This document shows, piece after piece, positions 60,152-64,000 of a DNA stretch of 64,000 nt. A program made the position numbers and the translations under genes. Source of the DNA: Polyangiales bacterium (GTDB lineage: Bacteria > Myxococcota_A > Polyangia > Polyangiales > Polyangiaceae); assembly GCA_038231275.1 (NCBI GenBank), contig JBBRLQ010000005.1, positions 128,001-192,000 on the forward strand, written 5' to 3'. The notes beneath the pieces were generated by a model. The model was not told the origin of the DNA, searched no databases, and worked only from the letters and a program-made list of their open reading frames with translations. Positions within the stretch are counted from its first letter, which is position 1; every line of letters starts with the position of its first letter.

Positions 60152-61876
60152 ATGGCGCGAGAGACAAATACGCCCCTGATCCTCTGGATCTGTGCGGCCG
60201 TTTGCACGCACTACGCCTTCGCCGACGTTGGTGGTGTCGTCGCGCAAATTCACGAGGACAAGAGCTTCATGGCCGTCCTCGGCCGCAACGTGCGTGAGCG
60301 CGTCCGCGCGAGCGAGCAGACATTCGAGCTCGCCCTGGGAGACACGCCGAACGCGGAGAAAGAAGCCGAGCCTCCGCCTCCTCCTCCTCCGCCCCCCAAG
60401 CCGACCGCCGCGCCGAAGCCCGAGAAGACGCCGCCTCCGCCCGAGAAGCCCAAGCCGAAGAAGGAAGAGCCGAAGAAACCCGAGCCGAAGACCATCGTCC
60501 TCAAGCACGAGGAGCCGAAGCCGCAGGACCTCGCGGCGCCGCTCGCCGACAAGCGCATCGCGGTGCGCCAGCACGCGAAGGCCAACCAGGCCGACAACCC
60601 CAACGCGCACTTCATCGGCGACGAGGGAAACCACGTCGAGAAGGAGACCGTCGCGACCCAGACGGTCCACGACAAGGACGACGAGAACCCCACGCCCGGC
60701 GGCAACCACGCCGGTCCGCCCGATCGCGTCGGCGACAGCGACCGCACCAAGATCGCCGACAGCGAAGAGCACGAAGGCGAGAAGAACAAAGGGCCTGGCG
60801 AGCGAGGGACCGAGTTCGACATCCAGAAGGATCCGACGCCGCTTAAGAACCCGCAGCAGGTCGCCATCCTCGCGCCCAAGGCGCCCGAGCCTCCGAAGGC
60901 GGGCGGCGACGGGCGGACCTCGCAGCAGCCGACGCCGTCGACCGCGCCGCAGCTCGCGCCCGGCGGAGCCGCACCCGCTGCGCCCGACGTGAATCAAGCG
61001 CCGAACGGCAACTGGACGTTCAATCCGATGCGCCCGTCCGGTGGAAGCGGCGCCGCGGCCGATCAAGGCGCGGGCGCGTCGACGAACAAGCCCGACGTGC
61101 AGAAGCAGGGGAACACGGCGTGGCTCGGCCTCGGAGGTCAGCCCGGCCCCGGCCAGGTGAACCTGAATTTGACCCACAACGGCGTCGTCGCGGTCGTCGG
61201 CGCGGACCAGCTCCGCAAAGAGCGCGAGGCCGACGGCGAGCGTCGCCGCAGCGAGCACCGCGGCGCGTGGACCGCGTCGAACTTCGAACGCTGGCGCAGC
61301 GCGATCGAGAACTACGTTTCCAGCGTGAAGCCCGGCAACCAGACCGCGCTCAACACCGCGGCGGTGCCGTTCGCGTCGTACCTGAACGGGATGCACAACC
61401 GCATCCACCCCATCTTCGCGGACAACTTCCTCGGGTCGCTCGACAGCCTGCCGAAGACGCACCCCATGAACGATCCGAAGGTGATGACGCGCCTCGAGAT
61501 CGTCATCACCAAGGACGGGCACCTCGTCAAGATGGGCATCATCAAGACGAGCGGCATCACCGCGTTCGACATCGCGGCGCTCGACTCGGTGAACCGCGCG
61601 CAGCCGTTCGGACCCGCGCCGGGCGCGATCGTGTCGCCGGACGGGAACGTGTACCTACACTGGGAGTTCCACCGCGACGAGGTCTTCGCGTGCTCGACGA
61701 TGAACGCGCGGCCGTACCTGCTGACGACGCCGCCGAAGAGCACCGATCCGCCGCCGCCCGCGCCGGGCACGCCCAAGACGCCATCGCACGAGCCGGGCGC
61801 GCCGCCGCCGGTGAACATCAACGAGACGCGCGAGGGGCTCTTGCCCGCGAAGCCCCGCGACTGGACGCCGACGTAA
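60152..61876 (+). CDS. TonB-family energy transducer-like protein
   Basis: N-terminal helix with S/A...H motif, Pro/Lys-rich linker, TonB_C-like I..DG.L......SG...FD.AAL.SV..A.PF..P. Confidence 0.75.
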   Translation: MARETNTPLILWICAAVCTHYAFADVGGVVAQIHEDKSFMAVLGRNVRERVRASEQTFELALGDTPNAEKEAEPPPPPPPPPKPTAAPKPEKTPPPPEKPKPKKEEPKKPEPKTIVLKHEEPKPQDLAAPLADKRIAVRQHAKANQADNPNAHFIGDEGNHVEKETVATQTVHDKDDENPTPGGNHAGPPDRVGDSDRTKIADSEEHEGEKNKGPGERGTEFDIQKDPTPLKNPQQVAILAPKAPEPPKAGGDGRTSQQPTPSTAPQLAPGGAAPAAPDVNQAPNGNWTFNPMRPSGGSGAAADQGAGASTNKPDVQKQGNTAWLGLGGQPGPGQVNLNLTHNGVVAVVGADQLRKEREADGERRRSEHRGAWTASNFERWRSAIENYVSSVKPGNQTALNTAAVPFASYLNGMHNRIHPIFADNFLGSLDSLPKTHPMNDPKVMTRLEIVITKDGHLVKMGIIKTSGITAFDIAALDSVNRAQPFGPAPGAIVSPDGNVYLHWEFHRDEVFACSTMNARPYLLTTPPKSTDPPPPAPGTPKTPSHEPGAPPPVNINETREGLLPAKPRDWTPT

Positions 61877-61917
61877 GCGCGTAAGCACGCCGCTCCGTGC
61901 TAGATTCGCCGCTCCCC

Positions 61918-63060
61918 ATGCAGGAGAGCTCGACCCCCGAGGGCGTGCCGGAGGACGCCGCCCCGAGCGCGCCGGCCGAAGCGCCGCGCGCGACCGACAG
62001 CGCGCCGGGTGATGACCGCGGGACGGCCGCGCCGATGTCGCCGACGCTGCGCGCCGCGTGGATCCTCCGGGCGACCACGATCGTCGCGGTCGTGGGGAGC
62101 GTCTTCGGAGTGCTCGTCGCGCCGGGGATTCCGGGCAACGCGACGGGGCGAATCGTCGAGGCGTGCCAGGACGTGTCGGACGTGTTCGCCTACGCGACGG
62201 CGGGGCTGCTGATGGTGCTCGTGTTCATGGGGTCGTACGAGCTGGCGCGCGCGCCGCGGATCGCCCTCGCGCCGCGCGTGCTCGCCGTGGGCGCGGCGGG
62301 GCTCGTCATCGCGCTCGCGGCGCCGGCGATGCGCGACAAGCTCCACCCGGTCGCGGCGATCTTCCTCGCGCTCGCGTCGAGCGTGGTGGCGTTGACGACC
62401 GCGTGGCAAGGCATGCGCGCCGCGCACACGCGCGCGGTGTCGGTCATCGTCCTCGCGATGACGGTGGCCTCGGTGTTCCGCGTGGGCGCGTGGGAGCTCG
62501 CGGGCGCCGCCGGCGAGCGTGTCAGCACGACCCTCTACGACGTGGCGTCTGGGCTCGCGACGGCGGGCGTCGTGCTCGAAGGCCTCGGTCAGCTCGCCGC
62601 CGCGGCGTGGCTGGGCACGCGCGGGGGCGTCGCCGGGCGCGTCATGTCGAACCTCGCGATCGCGGGCGCGTTCGTCGTCACGTGGGGCGCCGCGCGCGGA
62701 GTGCACCCGGGCGCGCCGACCTGGCAGGCCGTCCTGCACACCGCCCTCGCCGACGCTCCGGGTACGCCGCCGCCGTTCGGCCTCTCGGCGGTCGCGACGT
62801 TCCTCGCATGCTGCGCGATCTTCCTCGCGCTCGTGGCCATCAGCCTCCGCGGCCAGATGATCGCCGTCCTCGCCGCGCTGAGCCTCGCGCTGCTCTCACG
62901 CGGCACCTTCGACGTCCCGATCCGCGCGCTCGCGATCGTCGCGGCCGGGCACTGGCTGCTCCTCTGCACGGTCGACGATCGCTCGATGTGGCAAACGCTC
63001 GTCGCCTCCCGCGCGCCGCGGTCTCCCCCGCCGCGTCCGACCGACGCGACCCTCTCGTGA
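61918..63060 (+). CDS. Hypothetical polytopic membrane protein
   Basis: About 9-10 hydrophobic segments, GC3 bias. Confidence 0.75.
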   Translation: MQESSTPEGVPEDAAPSAPAEAPRATDSAPGDDRGTAAPMSPTLRAAWILRATTIVAVVGSVFGVLVAPGIPGNATGRIVEACQDVSDVFAYATAGLLMVLVFMGSYELARAPRIALAPRVLAVGAAGLVIALAAPAMRDKLHPVAAIFLALASSVVALTTAWQGMRAAHTRAVSVIVLAMTVASVFRVGAWELAGAAGERVSTTLYDVASGLATAGVVLEGLGQLAAAAWLGTRGGVAGRVMSNLAIAGAFVVTWGAARGVHPGAPTWQAVLHTALADAPGTPPPFGLSAVATFLACCAIFLALVAISLRGQMIAVLAALSLALLSRGTFDVPIRALAIVAAGHWLLLCTVDDRSMWQTLVASRAPRSPPPRPTDATLS

Positions 63061-63084
63061 TCGACGCTTGGACGCTCGCCTCGC

Positions 63085-64000
63085 CTAACGCGGCTTGGTC
63101 CAGCAACCCGGGACGTAGTTCTTGTCGAGCAGCACCTGCCCGAAGCAGAAGTTGTTCGGGATGTTGGGCCACGAGTTCGCGCTGCCCCCCACGGGGTTGC
63201 CGTTCGAGTCGACCAGGCTGCAGGTGTTCTGCTTCCCGCTGAACGTGCAGCTCGTCTTCGATCCCGCGACCGGGTTCGTCGGGCACTTCGCGTTCAGCTT
63301 GCACGTGCCGGCGGAGTCCGCGTACGTGCACCCTCCGTCGCTCGGCGTCGTGCAGAAGTGCTCGGTGGAGTAGGAGCTCGATACGCAGGCGCCGCCGGTG
63401 CAATCGGCGTCCGAGCGGCACGGCGAGCAGAAGGAGCCGTCGCCTACGCACGCGCCGGCATTGGGCGTGCACACCTGGGCGCCCGCCTCCGCGCTGTCGG
63501 CGCACTTCGCCTCTTGGTTGCACTGCGAATCCGAGCCGCACTCCGGCGCGCAGTACTTGCCGCCCGCGGCGTCGCTCACGCAGTGCTGGCGCGCGCCGTC
63601 CACCGACACGCAGTCGACGTCGCTCGCGCACGGAGCGCAGTACGTCCGCGGCAAGCACGCCGTACGGGTCTGACCCACGGTGCGCGCGGCGGTCCGAACC
63701 TCCGGAGCCGCGTTGATGGTCGCGCAGTACCAACCTCCGCGGCACTCGGCGTCGGTCGCGCAGTCGTACTGCGTGCAGAAGGCTGCGCCGTCGGTAGGCG
63801 ACTGGCCGTAGCACCAGAAGTTCTGATCGGAGTCGCACGCGGGGTTCGCGTCGAATCCGCCGGTCGGCGAGCAGGGCGCGCCCCAAAGGCCCTTGCCGGT
63901 CTTGGTGTACTTCACCTGATCTGGCGCGCAGTAAGGGATCTTCCCTCCTGCGCAGTGGTAGTTGATCGGGCAGGTCTGCTGGCCCCCGGTCCCGTCCGCC
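63085..64000 (-). CDS. Cys-rich repeat protein (5' end beyond window)
   Basis: Frame open to window edge; repeated C..C..D.DC units. Confidence 0.8.
   Translation of the reverse strand, partial: ADGTGGQQTCPINYHCAGGKIPYCAPDQVKYTKTGKGLWGAPCSPTGGFDANPACDSDQNFWCYGQSPTDGAAFCTQYDCATDAECRGGWYCATINAAPEVRTAARTVGQTRTACLPRTYCAPCASDVDCVSVDGARQHCVSDAAGGKYCAPECGSDSQCNQEAKCADSAEAGAQVCTPNAGACVGDGSFCSPCRSDADCTGGACVSSSYSTEHFCTTPSDGGCTYADSAGTCKLNAKCPTNPVAGSKTSCTFSGKQNTCSLVDSNGNPVGGSANSWPNIPNNFCFGQVLLDKNYVPGCWTKPR

Overview
High-GC, gene-dense bacterial chromosomal window. The gene content (Ser/Thr kinases, Cys-rich lipoproteins, sigma54 enhancer-binding protein, Uma2, FG-GAP protein) suggests Myxococcota, Polyangiales/Labilithrix-like; this is inferred from content only. 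Recognisable genes: pheT, tatA, an aspartate aminotransferase, an arginine biosynthesis cluster (argC, a fused argJ-argB, argG, argH, argF), msrC-like GAF protein, aldehyde dehydrogenase, an RND pump with divergent LysR regulator, aqpZ, a frameshifted mrp, a MoxR ATPase, a GlcD-like oxidase, a FIST/hybrid histidine kinase pair, astA and znuAC-like genes. No rRNA, tRNA, CRISPR array or transposase was seen. Best leads: (1) a sigma54-preceded two-peptide unit inside the arg cluster (29804-30337), with a double-glycine-leader peptide coupled to a 52-aa ORF, absent from the ORF track, that repeats the leader motif without the GG site; (2) an ArgJ-ArgB fusion; (3) a coupled DUF4846/esterase/M15 peptidase secreted operon; (4) a 137-nt element with perfect 32-bp terminal inverted repeats; (5) window-wide signs of leaderless transcription from both -10-type and sigma54 promoters. 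All family calls are motif-based by eye; no searches were run.
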